Positions 12,530 through 25,490 of a DNA stretch of 64,000 nt are shown here, piece by piece. The DNA is from Octopus sinensis. Taxonomy: Eukaryota. The notes below the pieces were generated by a model. It worked only from the letters and a program-made list of their open reading frames with translations, was not told the origin of the DNA and ran no database searches. The stretch's first letter is position 1. Each line of letters opens with the position of its first letter. Both the position numbers and the translations under genes were made by a program. The DNA lies in contig NC_043014.1 in NCBI RefSeq assembly GCF_006345805.1, forward strand, positions 45,446,001-45,510,000, written 5' to 3'.

Positions 12530-12722
12530 TACGTGAGTGCGCGCACCGGGACCAATCTTTATAAGTAGTACCGTGACGTAATAGGTCATGCGCAGAGAGT
12601 GACGTCAGGTGAACAAGCAGGAAATAGGAGCGGCCTTATTTTGGGCTCAGGGACTGGGAATCGCACAGCAAGTATAAATCGGCGTTTGAGGAATTTCTTT
12701 CGAAGTCGTTTCCCAGATTAAG
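12530..12722 (+). promoter_or_regulatory. CpG-rich promoter-like segment and putative non-coding first exon
   Basis: TGCGCGCA 12538, CCAAT 12552, TGACGTAA 12574, CATGCGCA 12587, TGACGTCA 12600, CAGGAAAT 12618; donor AG|GTAAGA at 12722/12723. Confidence 0.55.
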
Positions 12723-12799
12723 GTAAGAGACATCAACATCTATTCCTTTACTACCCACAAGAGGCTAAACACAGAGAGTACAAACAAGGACATCGTCAA

Positions 12800-13300
12800 A
12801 ATCCCTTAATTGATGCAGCCAGTCGCTGACATTTTCATAGTCAGTCGTTGCCACTGGTCTCTCCTCTCTGTCATTCGTAGCAAGTTCGCTGTGTTATGAC
12901 TTGTCCAGTCCTTGATGTTGTCTAACCAAAATTTTCTGTCTGCCTCTCTTTTGCCCTCTCCCAACTATTCCCCGAAGAATGGTTTTGAACAGGGGAGTTT
13001 TGGCGGGATACATGACCGCACTAGGCAAGCTTCGTCTATTTACCCGCACAAGGAATGGTTTTGGCGGGATTCATGACGGTACCAGGCATGCTTTTGTCTT
13101 TTAACCCGCGCAAGGAATGGTTTTGGCGGGATTCATGACGATACCAGGCAAGCTTTCGTCTATTTACCTGCGCAAGGAATGGTTTTGGCAGGATTCATGA
13201 CGGTACCAGGCAAGCTTTCGTCTATTTACCCGCGCAAGGAATGGTTCAAGTCTGCCAGCGTATTTGTTGACGTGCTGCCTGACAAAGCTGTTCATTTTGT
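12800..13300 (-). mobile_element. Decayed RTE C-terminal fragment with internal 62-bp tandem repeat (~4 copies)
   Basis: Minus strand resembles the RTE KTILQG...GRQRK..W region. AGGAATGG recurs at 13051, 13113, 13175 and 13237. Confidence 0.6.
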
Positions 13301-14609
13301 GTTCTGTCCTTTAACCCTCACACATGAGTCAAAATGATATCTAAGAGAGACAGAACACATTGCAGGATATCATCCCAAAAAATGTTTCGGTCTGCATTTG
13401 TCGTTGGGCCAGTTCGTTAATACAGCTGTCGTCGAATACTTGCCATTTATGTTGGTTGTAGTTGGGCTAAACGTAAACTCGGAAATCTTTTCATCGTGAC
13501 TTTCAAGTTCGGTTATGAATAATAATTGCCATAGTTGTGTAATGAGCAATTTATTGATGGATAAAATGGATTTTTGTTTTCTCTCTGAAAAGAGAATATA
13601 ATCCTTAAAAACAATCAATTACACTTTTGAAACTAGCTCTAGAAAACTTCTTTTAAAATATGCCTTATTTAAGAAAGTTATGGGAAGGGCATTAAATTGT
13701 AGATATGCCAAAAAATAATACAATAGGGAGCAAGAATTCATAAATTGCCGAACTTGCTGGTCTTGTGCTAAAATTTGAAGCCAGTTTTAAATTAGGGTTC
13801 CTCAACCACAAGGCCATCTGGATCATTGGCATCGGGCCGCACAGAAAATAAATTTAAAAATTTTATTTTTATTTTGTTAATTATCGCAGTCTGCAGGGTG
13901 TTTTTTGCATTGTATGTTATATCCTTTATTCAGGTTTTGATACGCATATGATCCCCCGGTGCGTGAGAAAATTGTCTTACATGAAAGTGGTCTGTGGTTG
14001 AGGACAGCTAAATGTTTGTAGATTTAGTTATTAGTTTACATTATACTAAAAATAAATATTGTAAGCTCAAAAGCACGGACGATTTTAAAACGTATCTAAA
14101 AAAAAAAGTTTGGAAAACTAACAGACCTAATCTGACTTATCTTACAGAATTCGTCAACTTAAGCCATCTGAATAATCTAGATTGCTCAAATATTGATTGC
14201 CTTAGTCCATTTCCATCTATGAATAATTCGTTAACTGTCCAATTTTAGTATTTGCAAGAAAAAAAAACAAACGAAAAAAATATCTTCGGGATATAATGTA
14301 TAACAGGGGAAAAATACATTAAGATATGATATATTTATAATACATAGGAATAAAATCATGGACGATGCGTCTACTGTTTTAATATCTAAAATGAATATTT
14401 TTTTTTCATTTTCCTTGCGTGCGAGTTAAGATTCTTACGGAGACAGCAAATGGCAATAATTACACGACTGGAACCAATGTTTAGGCGATCCTTCATATTG
14501 CAACCGTAAACAACAACAACAACAACAAAAAATGAAAACATAAACGTCTTTAACATTTTGGTAAATTTAAAGAACAAAACCCCTCTCGATTTTCGTGCGG
14601 AAAAAACTC

Positions 14610-15008
14610 GGACCTTTTCGGTTTGAACGGCAGTTTTTTCTAGCAGTGTCATAGGAAATTGTCACCCATAATTACGACCCTAGTATCGATCTATTGCATT
14701 TCAATCTGGGTTAGGATTAGGGGTGGGGGGGAAGGGTATCTTTTTTCTTCACAAATGTAAATAAACCCAATCTGTTTCTTAAACGAGGGACATATTCATA
14801 CGGCACAGAATGTTGTTTGCCTCAATGGACGTCATTGATTGGTTGAAATTGCAGAAAAACAACAAATGTCTTACAAACTATAGAATTTTCTCAATAAAGC
14901 CAAGAGAGAAAGATGTTTTATAAACACATTCCACCAGTATATGAAGTTTAAAACTTTTTAGTTACCTAGAAATTATGTTAAAAACTGCTGTTCAAACCGA
15001 AAAGATCC
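14610..15008. mobile_element. MITE (GAACGGCAG TIR family), longer copy
   Basis: GGACCTTTTCGGTTTGAACGG ... CTGTTCAAACCGAAAAGATCC. Confidence 0.75.
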
Positions 15009-15221
15009 AAAAACTATTTTCCTCTGTCTTCTCATGTAATATCAATTAATCTGACCTCCAGACATGCCACAAAGGACTTTATTTCCTGGGAAATGGAGGT
15101 GGGTAGGGCAACCTCGGACTTCCTTCCCCCCAATTCCGGAGTTTTCATTGTAATTTTTTCTTCTTGTATCATCAATGAATGAGGGAGAAAGAGGTCGAGA
15201 AAGAGATCTTGTTTGTTGTTA

Positions 15222-15265
15222 ACACAATGTTTAGGCTGATATACCCTCCAGCCTTCATCAGGTGT
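15222..15265 (-). ncRNA. Hammerhead motif, probably inactivated
   Basis: ACAC-CTGATGA-A-GGCTG(GAGGGTATAT)CAGCC-TAAAC-ATT-GTGT; G12 and G16.2 are mutated. Confidence 0.6.
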
Positions 15266-15579
15266 CTTGAGGAAATTTTGAAACTGGGTTCTCATTCCTA
15301 AGGTATTTTTTGATGTTGTTGTTATTATTATTATTATTATTATATTATTATTATTATTATTAAGGTCACTGCCTGGAATCACACTTGGAATCTTGGGGTT
15401 AGTAACCCGCGCTATTAACCACTAGACCATATGCCCATGGGCATAGTGTTTAAGAGCGCAGGCTACTAACCCCAAGATTCCGAGTTCGATTCCAGGCAGT
15501 AACCTTAATAATAATAATAATAATAACAACATAAAAAAATACCTAAGGAATGAGAACCCAAGTTCAGAATGTCCCCAAG

Positions 15580-15623
15580 ACACCTGATGAAGGCTGGAGG
15601 GTATATCAACTGAAACGTTGTGT
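15580..15623 (+). ncRNA. Minimal type-I hammerhead ribozyme motif
   Basis: ACAC-CTGATGA-A-GGCTG(GAGGGTATAT)CAACT-GAAAC-GTT-GTGT: canonical core with one mismatch in stem II. Confidence 0.7.
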
Positions 15624-16197
15624 TAACAACAAACAAGATGAGGGCAAATAACTGTCAAATATAAGCCATGTAAATAATGTAAGTAATGAAGAAAGTAATT
15701 TAGTTGTGTAATCCAGTTTATTCAAGAAAGACAAAACTTAAAAAGCATAAAAAGTGGACAATGATGTTACATTTCCACTACAGATTTTCATTTATTAAAC
15801 AGATAGTAATGTTCTTAGACTAAGCTCTCTTCCAAAACATTCTTTTATATAAAAGACATAATAGAAAATAAAACAAAACCTAAAATTATATCTGTTCTTC
15901 TGACCAAGAAAACTAGTTCAGTAGGAGATGAATAAATGAATAGGATTGGCCTCACTAATTCACTTCTTACTAAATTATAATATTATTCTATATTTCTGTG
16001 TTTACGCTTTGTTCATTTTATTCTATTAATTGCTGGGAGTGTCAGATGTTTGACCACTGACAGTATGATAATGAGTTCAGAATTTACAAGAGAGATTTTG
16101 AATAATGAAATCACAGAGAAACGAATATTTAACTTAATGAAATAAACATCAAAGAATCGTTGCTCCATGTAGAGTAACTTAAAGGTATTGCAAGCTC

Positions 16198-16428
16198 CAA
16201 GGCAGCGAGCTGGCAGAAATGTTAGCACACCGGGCGAAATACTTAGCGGTATTTTGTCTGCTGTTACGTTCTGAGTTCAAATTCCGTCGAGGTCGACTTT
16301 GCCTTTCATCCTTTCGGGGTCGATTAAATAAGTACCACTTATGCACTGGAGTTGATGTAATTGACTTAATCCGTTTGTCTGTGCTTGTTTGTCCTCTCTG
16401 TGTTTGGCCCCTTCTGGGTAGTAAAATG
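16198..16428 (+). mobile_element. SINE family B, full length with TSD
   Basis: 14-bp TSD GGTATTGCAAGCTC at 16184-16197 and 16429-16442. A box TGGCAGAAAT, B box GAGTTCAAATTCC. Confidence 0.9.
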
Positions 16429-19400
16429 GGTATTGCAAGCTCTTCTCCTGATGGTGATTGTGTATCTTCAGCAAGTTTCTCCAGATCACAAATGTTCACC
16501 ACTTAGCTCTTGTATGCTATACCTGAGTGGGACAGTGAAAACTGAATTAGCCTTCACCTACAGAAGGTTTTTCAGCTGTGGTCTCTTGTCAACCACAACT
16601 ATCTTGAATCAGTCTCATCTGCCAAAGCTATTTCTTTGGTGGTTTTCTTCAGTTAAAAGAATATACATTTCTTAGTAAGTTAGGAGAAAACAAGTTCAGC
16701 AGGATGCACCAAACTACCTCAATAAATATGATTGTTTGACTGTCTCCAGTTGCTGGGGTCATATAAAAAGCACACAGTACACTCTGTGAAGTTGTTTGAG
16801 TGTTGAAAGTTTTGGGGTATTATTACACTGCAGCCATGGTTGTATAGTTCAGAAGCTTACTTTCCAACCACGTGGTCTTGGGTTCAGTCTTGCAGCACAG
16901 TACCTTGGAAAAGTATCCATGGGCCAACCAGAATCTTGAGAGTGAAATTTGATAAAGAGAAACTGAAAGAAGCTTGTGTAATTATGTGTGTGTGTGTTTA
17001 TGTGTACCCTTGTCTAGTTATCACTTGATAGATGCAAATGAGCATCATCATTATCATAGGCATCCAACTGTAGAAACCTTGTCAAAACAAACAATTGGAG
17101 CCCACAGGAAATAGCATGTTGATCTTGTTGGAAAACTGGCATCTGACTTCCATAGAGAATGAAGCTGCAAGCCATTCTTTGACAAGAGTCTCATCAACCA
17201 AGTTCTCATACTTAACTTTCTTCAGTTGGTGATAAATGTCAAACCTTTCCTCCTAGGACACTGTGAATTCAGTCATGATGATTGTTCTTGCCTTTCCCTA
17301 TAGCCAAAACATGTCTAGTTAATGCAGTGTTATGACAGTTCTTTCAGAAATACAAGCCTACCATTACATCATCGTTTTAATGTCCACTTTTCTATGCCCT
17401 TCCTGTTTCCAAACAAGATAATATTTTTCCGTGGCTGGACATGTTTTCACAGAAGATTGGAAATAAATGACACCATTTGTATGATGATGAGTCCCATTTT
17501 TTTACAACTATTGTGTGATGTCAAGACAAGACACATACATACACACATCAAATTGCGACTGGCTTCCTTCAGTTTCCATGTACCAGATTCACTTAAAAGG
17601 CTTTAAGTGGGCTTGGAACTATAATAGAAGACATATATGCCCAAGGGGCTGTGCAGTGGGACTGAACATGAAACCACGTCGTTGAAAAGTGAACTTCTAA
17701 ACCACACAGCCATGCCTGCACATATCACCAATTTGCAAATTAGAACGCACTAGCAATATGTATTTTTAACGTGCAAATAACCATGTAATGCATGTTTCCT
17801 CTCCATGTATGGTTGGCTGTTTGGTTCCTCTTCAGGTTTTATTTTCAGTCCTGCTGGGTGTCCACAACGCTCTTCATAAAACAACCTCAAGTCATGAGGC
17901 TGCTTTAGTCATCGACCATCCAGCCATGAGATAAGTTATACTGAAGTACATAAAATCTATTCTATTTTTCGTGCCTTTGTGGCAAATATAGAAATAATCA
18001 TTTTTCTGTTATGATATATTTAGTAATTATATTTGTTTGTTATTTTTCTTCATCTATGTTTTTATTTTATTTGTTTTCCTAATTAGAATTTGGTTAATAA
18101 CTGGCTCTTTGTCGAAGTCTTATGAAAGAAAATTTCCGTCTATTCTTAGGATCAGGTAAAAGTTTTTCTATTTTTCAAAAAAAAAAATCAATATGTCTGG
18201 TTGGGTTTCTTTTATATGAAGGTCTGATTAAAAATGGCTTTATTTTTAATGACGTGGAAGAATGTTTGCACAAATTTTTGTACGAATTCTGGTTGAGTAT
18301 TTATAACAACAACAAAAAAAATTATCGTAGTTGGTAAAAAGATTCTTGTGTGATGGTAATTACTGTTTTGCTAACATATCCGAGTACATTTCATTATTTA
18401 TTTATATAAGAAAAATATTAAAAATATAGTTTTCACAAACTTTGCTTCCTCGAAGACATATTTGCTGAAGACTTGGAATTTTATTCTTTGAACAATTTGA
18501 TTTCTCTTTGATTTTATGCCACTGTCTGTTAAAGTTGTGTGGCAGAGAACAGTGTTTATCTTTACCGAAATCTCTCAGACGTTGACAAGCAACTAAACAT
18601 ATTCAATATCTGCTTAATTGATTGATTCAATAACATTTTATTCCACTTAGCAAACATGGTTTTTTTTTTCTTTCCTTTCATGAAAGTTAAAAGACATATG
18701 AAAAAATGAAAATAAAAAGATGAAATAAAAGAAATTAAATAAAATAAACAACTTCCTTTATGTCAGTGGAAGTTATGAAAGGAATACAACTTATTCTCAA
18801 CTATCTTTAGCCACAATTTTCACTGAACTATGACAGCTCTAAGAAACAGGCACAGAAAATAGGTGGAAAGTCTCATAGCTTTTGGTGAGGAGAGTGAGTC
18901 TTGTGATCTATTGGAATTTTTGTGGCAGCATTGAAGATTTTATCTCTTTGTAGTGTATCAAACAAAAAAAAATCTGCTTCGCAGATTTTTTCTGTTTTAA
19001 GCTAAATCACTTATGGAGTGATATTCTAACTCAACATTGTAAACTATAAAACATTTGTCAATTGTACATAATGAATTTGTTGCTTTATGAAGTTGTTTGA
19101 GTGTTGAAAGTTTTGGGCTATTATTACACTGCAGCCATGGCTGTATAGTTCAGAAGCTTACTTTCTCACCATGTGGTCTTGGGTTCTGTCCTGCAGCACT
19201 GTACCTTGGAAAAGTATCTTCTACTGTAGCCATCGGCCAACCAGAGTCTTCGGGGTGAAATTTGATAAAGAGAAACTGTAAGAAGCTTGTTGTGTATGTA
19301 ATTGTGTGTGTGTGTGTGTTTGTGTGTACCCTTGTTTAGACATCACTTGATAGATGCGAATGAGCATCATCATTATCATACAAAAACAAGGCTGTCCATT

Positions 19401-19794
19401 TCCAGTCTTCTGCGAAAAGCATGTCTAGCTAGGGAAAATATCATCTTACTTGAAAGAGACGAAGGTTAGTGACAAGAAGGGCATCCAACTAGAAATTCTG
19501 CCTCAACAAATTCCATCTGACCTATACAAGCATGGAAAAGAAGATAATGATGAGGATGAGTTTAATGATGATGATGAGCACCAGAAATGGTAAACAAACC
19601 ATGAACCCTTTCAATTAGTGATCTAACATCTGTGTCAACTCAGCTTGTTGTAATGCTCTGGGCCCCTTTTCTACCTTCAGCCTGTCACTATCTCTCATTT
19701 TCTTGATTGATAGTCTGATTGTCACCAAATACATAAACTTCTTTCGATGTCATATGAATGTTGTGAAGATGATCCCACCATACCCTGTTCTAGT

Positions 19795-21270
19795 GCTGCA
19801 TGAAGAGCACCTGAGTCAGCACCACCCGAAAAGCACCTGTGCTGGCACTACATCAAAAGCACCTGTGCTGGAACCATATCAAAAGCACCTGAGTTAGTAC
19901 CACCTGTAAAGCACCTGTGCTGGCAATACATCAAAAGCACCTGTGCTGGCAATACATCAAAAGCACCTGTGCTGGCATTACATCAAAAGCACCTGAGTTA
20001 GTACCACCTGTAAAGCACCTGTGCTGGCATCACATCAAAAGCACCTGAGTTAGTACCACCTGTAAAGCACCTGTGCTGGCAATACATCAAAAGCACCTGT
20101 GCTAGCACTAGATCCAAAGCACCTGAGTTAGTACCACCTGAAAAGCACCTGTGCTGGCAATACATCAAAAGCACTGTGCTGGCATTACATCAAAAGCACC
20201 TGAGTTAGTACCACCTGTAAAGCACCTGTGCTGGCATCACATCAAAAGCACCTGAGTTAGTACCACCTGTAAAGCACCTGTGCTGGCAATACATCAAAAG
20301 CACCTGTGCTAGCACTAGATCCAAAGCACTGAGTTAGTACCACCTGAAAAGCACCTGTGCTGGCAATACATCAAAAGCACCTGTGTGGCAATACATCAAA
20401 AGCACCTGTGCTGGAACCATATCAAAAGCACCTGAGTAGTACCACCTGTAAAGCACCTGTGCTGGCACTACATCAAAAGCACCTGTGCTGGCAATACATC
20501 AAAAGCACCTGTGCTGGCATTACATCAAAAGCACCTGAGTTAGTACCACCTGTAAAGCACCTGTGCTGGCATCACATCAAAAGCACCTGAGTTAGTACCA
20601 CCTGTAAAGCACCTGTGCTGGCAATACATCAAAAGCACCTGTGCTAGCACTAGATCCAAAGCACCTGAGTTAGTACCACCTGAAAAGCACCTGTGCTGGC
20701 AATACATCAAAAGCACCTGTGCTAGCACTAGATCCAAAGCACCTGAGTTAGTACCACCTGAAAAGCACCTGTGCTGGCAATACATCAAAAGCACCTGTGC
20801 TGGCATTACATCAAAAGCACCTGTGCTGGAACCATATCAAAAGCACCTGAGTTAGTACCACCTGTAAAGCACCTGTGCTGGCAATACATCAAAAGCACCT
20901 GTGCTAGCACTAGATCCAAAGCACCTGAGTTAGTACCACCTGTAAAGCACCTGTGCTGGCAATACATCAAAAGCACCTGTGCTAGCACTAGATCCAAAGC
21001 ACCTGAGTTAGTACCACCTGTAAAGCACCTGTGCTGGCAATACATCAAAAGCACCTGTGCTGGCAATACATCAAAAGCACCTGTGCTGGCATTACATCAA
21101 AAGCACCTGAGTTAGTACCACCTGTAAAGCACCTGTGCTGGCATCACATCAAAAGCACCTGAGTTTGTATCACCTGAAAAGCACATGTGCTAGCACTAGA
21201 TTGAAAGCACCTGTGCTGGTACCACATCAAAAGCACCTGTGCTGGCATTAGATCAAAAGCACCTCTGTTG
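19795..21270 (+). repeat. 26-bp minisatellite (~57 units) with higher-order structure
   Basis: Units begin AAAGCACCTG. Three variants end TGCTGGCAATACATCA, AGTTAGTACCACCTGT and TGCTAGCACTAGATCC. The array runs into an RTE-tail repeat at 21290-21545. Confidence 0.95.
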
Positions 21271-22003
21271 AGCCACTTAAAAAGCACCTATGCCAGGTCA
21301 TGTGAAAAGCACTGGTGTCATGTAAAAAGCACCTGTACCCGTACCTCGTAAAGAGGACCTGTGCCAGTGCCTCATAAAAAGCACCCAGCACACTTTGTAA
21401 AGTGGTTGGCATGAGGAAGAGCATCAAGCCGTAGAGACCATGCCAAAACAGACATGGAACCTGGGCAGCTCTCCAGCTTGCCATCTCTTGTCAAATCGTC
21501 CAACCCATGCCCGGATGAAAAACAAATGTTAAATGACGATGATGATAAGGAAGGCGAAACTATGCTGCAATCTTAATACAGCATCTGTCTTTAGTTCCCA
21601 AATTAGACCTCTTCTTTGTCAAAACAAGCTGATGTGTAAAAGGTAAAAGAAAAAAGTCTCTTACTTTGATTGTTTAGCCCCAGTCAACATTGATCAGAGG
21701 CATTCCAGCAGTTTTTTTTCTGCATTTCCCTATTTCTGAGTGTGTGTGTGTGTTTTATGTTATGTAATGAGAGAGATTTTGTTACTATGTCTAGCAAATT
21801 GAATGACCATGTAGCAGGTTCCCTTGGTGACAATGATATTTTATGTGTGTGTTGAGTGAGTGATATGTTGTTAATGATTTACATAGTGACTTATGAATCT
21901 GAATAGATGTATGTATCTAAGTACTAACACACACACACACACACACACACTTATATGTGCAAGCACATACACTAATTATACCTATATGAATATTTATATA
22001 TAC

Positions 22004-22036
<33 letters not shown>

Positions 22037-23018
22037 TATATACATACACACACACACACACACATATATATACATATATATGTATATACATATATATATA
22101 TTTATACACACAGACAAACACAAAATTGCCTTTGTAAGCACATACTTTATACATACATAATGTAAAGCTATATTTGAGTATTTCTACAAACAAGTGTATA
22201 TTCTTGTACAAACAGATACAACTACAGATACACACACATACACACATACACACACTTGCACACTTACACCTATATGTGTAACCACAAACACTAACTTTAT
22301 AAATACATGTGTACGCAAACACACATGTCTGTATAGACGCATATATCCATTATTATGTAGGCACGTATGCTAACTTTATGTATACATAATGTAAATACAT
22401 ATTCGAATCTCTAGACAAACTTATGTATATTCTTGTACACACATACATACATATATATATATATATACATACACAGGGGATTTATCAGTATTTACAAGAA
22501 AAATGTTTTTAGAAATATCTGCAGGGTTAAAAACGTGTTGAAAAGATGTCTGTGACACATGAAGAATGGGAAACTTTTGATGCTATTGATACATTCGGAC
22601 ACTGGTGGTCATTCCAAGATCTCTCTCTACATTAATTACGACGCTGACAACTGGCTTTGAAATGAAGGAAATAGCATTCTAGTCAGGTTTCATTAATATC
22701 AGTTCCAACGAAGGAGTTTACAGTCTTTATCTTGGATTAATGCCTGGAAGAGGATAAAATAAAAACAAAAGAAGAGGAGATGGGGGTCTTTTGTTCCTTT
22801 TCTCTTTGTTTTGCAGCTTAAAAAAAATTTTTTTTTTCCAGTTTAGGCATAGGAGTGGCTGTGTGGTAAGTAGCTTGCTAATGAACCACATGGTTCCAGA
22901 TTCAGTTCCACTGCATGGCACCTTGGGCAAGTGTCTTCTACTATAGCCTCGGGCCGACCAAAGCCTTGGGAGTGGATTGGTAGACAGAAACTGAAAGAAG
23001 CCCGTCGTATATATATAT

Positions 23019-25490
23019 CATCATCATCATCATCGTTTAACGTCTGTTCTCCATGCTAGCATGGGTTGGACGGTTCGACCGGGGTTCTGGGAAGCCAGAA
23101 GGCTGCACCAGGCTCCAGTCTAATCTGGCAATGTTTCTACAGCTGGATGCCCTTCCTAACGCCAACCACTCCGTGAGTGTAGTGGGTGCTTTTTACGTGC
23201 CACCTGCACAGGTGCCAGGCGAGGCTGGCAACGGCCACGGTCAGATTGGTGTATTTTATGTGCCACCGGCACGGAAGCCAGTCGAGGCGGTGCTGGCATC
23301 GGCCACGAGTCGGATAGTGCTTTTTACGTACCACCAGACCAGGGATCCTGGCTGGTTCAATTCGATTTCGATTTCGCTTGCCCCAACATGTCTTCACATG
23401 CAAAGGGGGTTGGCATGGGTGCCTGTCGTACGGTCGCATTGGAGTATTTTACGTGCCACGGTCATGAGTCGGATAGTGCTTTTTACGTACCACCAGACCA
23501 GGGATCCTGGCTGGTTCAATTCGATTTCGATTTCGCTTGCCCCAACATGTCTTCACAAGCAAAGGGGGTTGGCATGGGTGCCTGTCGTACGGTCGCATTG
23601 GAGTATTTTACGTGCCACGGCCACGAGTCGGATAGTGCTTTTTACGTACCACCAGGCCAGGGATCCTGGCTGGTTCAATTCGGTTTTGATTTCGATTTCG
23701 ATTTCGCTTGCCCCAACATGTCTTCGCAAGCATGGGGGGTTGGCATGGGTGTCTGTCGTCGGATGAGGTTCTATATCGACTTCGCTTGCCTCAACAGGTC
23801 TTTGTGTCCAAGGGAGGAAAGGCATTCATAAGTGGGCTGGGCTCACTTGTCCTGCCTGGTCTTCTCACGTACAGAATATTTCCAAAGGTCTCGGTTGCTG
23901 GTCATTTCCTCAGTGAGGCCTAAAGTTCGAAGGTCGTGCTTCACCACCTCGTCCCAGGTTTTCCTGGGTCTACCTCTTCCACGGGTTCCCTCAACTGCTA
24001 GGGATTGGCACTTTCTCACACACCTATCTTCATCCATTCTCGCCACATGACCATACCAGCGCAATCGTCTCTCTTGCACACCACAACTAATGCTTCTTAG
24101 GTACAACATTTCTCTCAAGGTGCTAACGCTCTGTCGAGTATGTACACTGACATTACACATCCAACGGAGCATACTGGCTTCATTCCTCACGAGCTTACGC
24201 ATGTCCTCAGCAGTCACGGCCCATGTTTCGCTGCCATGTAGCATGGCTGTTCGTACACACGCATCATACAGTCTGCCTTTTACTCTGAGCGAGAGGCCTT
24301 TAGTCACCAGCAGAGGTAAGAGCTCCCTAAACTTTGCCCAGGCTATTCTTATTCTAGCAGTTACACTTTCAGCGCACCCCCACCACTACTGACTTGGTCA
24401 CCTAGATAACGGAAGCTATCAACTACTTCTAGTTTTTCCCCCTGGAAAGTGACGGAAGTTGTTTTCTGCAGATTTTCGGAGGTTAATGCTCCCGAGCATC
24501 TGCCACATACAAAAACTATCTTCCCAGTTAGCCTACCTTTGACATTGCTGCTGCACTCTTATGTGTCCATAGCTTACACTGGGTACATCTTATAGAGTTT
24601 CTACCTATACCTTTTCTACAGATCGAGCGGGGCCATCTTCCTGAAGACATTTGTGGATTGTCTACCTTCCTACTTATTAGTACTTTGGTTTTAGCTAGGT
24701 TGACTCTAAGGCCCCTTGATTCTAAACCCTCCTTCCACACCTGGAACTTCTCCTCCAGTTCTGATAGTGACTCAGCAATAAGAGCAAGGTCGTCAGCGTA
24801 GAGGAGCTCCCAGGGACAGCCTGTCTTGAATTCCTCCGTAATTGCCTGGAGTACTATGATAAATAGGAGGGGGCTGAGTACTGAACCCTGGTGGACCCCA
24901 ACCTCTACTTTGAATTCTTCTGTGTACATGTTGCCAACCCTAACCTTACTTACGGCATCTCTGTACATGGCTTGCACAGTCCTCACCAGCCATTCATCTA
25001 TCCCTAGTTTCCTCATTGACCACCAGATAAGGGATCGGGGGACCCTATCAAAAGCTTTCTCCATGTCAACGAAAGCCAGGTACAGGGGCTTATCTTTGGC
25101 TAGGTATTTCTCCTGCAGCTGCCTTACCAGGAATATAGCATCAGTGGTACTTTTCCCTGGCACGAACCCAAACTGCATCTCATCTAAACTAACTCTCTCT
25201 CTAATTAGTTGGGCTATGACCCTCTCCGTAACCTTCATTACTTGATCCAACAGCTTGATACCTCTGTAATTATTTGTATCTAGGGCATCACCTTTACCTT
25301 TGTAGCAGTTGACTAGTATGCTGCTGCACCAGTCATTGGGTATGACTCCTTCGTGTATCACCTGGTTGACTATACGGGTGACTAGGTTATAGCCGACACT
25401 GCCAGATATTTTGAGCATCTCTGCAGTAATTCCTGATGGGCCTGGGGCTTTCCCTGTCTTCATGCTTCTAATTGCCTTAGCTACCATATA
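23019..25490 (-). mobile_element. 5'-truncated RTE-clade LINE (RT domain, frameshifted) with complete 3' UTR
   Basis: ORF 24528-25487 has KAPGPSGITAEMLK, FVDMEKAFDRV, GVHQGSVLSPLLF and LYADDL. C-terminus at 23843-24307, (GAT)n tail, and a 159-bp tandem repeat in the 3' UTR. Confidence 0.95.

Larger units (their letters stand above)
15205..15645. mobile_element. Head-to-head palindrome of a tRNA-headed, hammerhead-tailed SINE-like element
   Basis: Centre TATGCCCATGGGCATA at 15430-15445. Each arm has A box TAGTGGTTAA, B box GAGTTCGATTCC, (TAA)n, then a hammerhead. Confidence 0.7.

Noticed and set aside
15438-15510. tRNA-like segments as true tRNA genes (also the heads of SINE families A, B and D)
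   Set aside because: Acceptor and T stems are imperfect, and each continues into a repeat body with no Pol III terminator; they are SINE heads.
19703-21115. Repetitive ORFs on both strands (KHLCWQYIKSTCA..., QVLLMYCQHRCF...)
   Set aside because: Translations of the 26-bp minisatellite; the unit is not a multiple of 3 and frames break.
23053-23831. 237-aa and 147-aa plus-strand ORFs with internal repeats
   Set aside because: Antisense readings of the 159-bp tandem repeat in the RTE 3' UTR.
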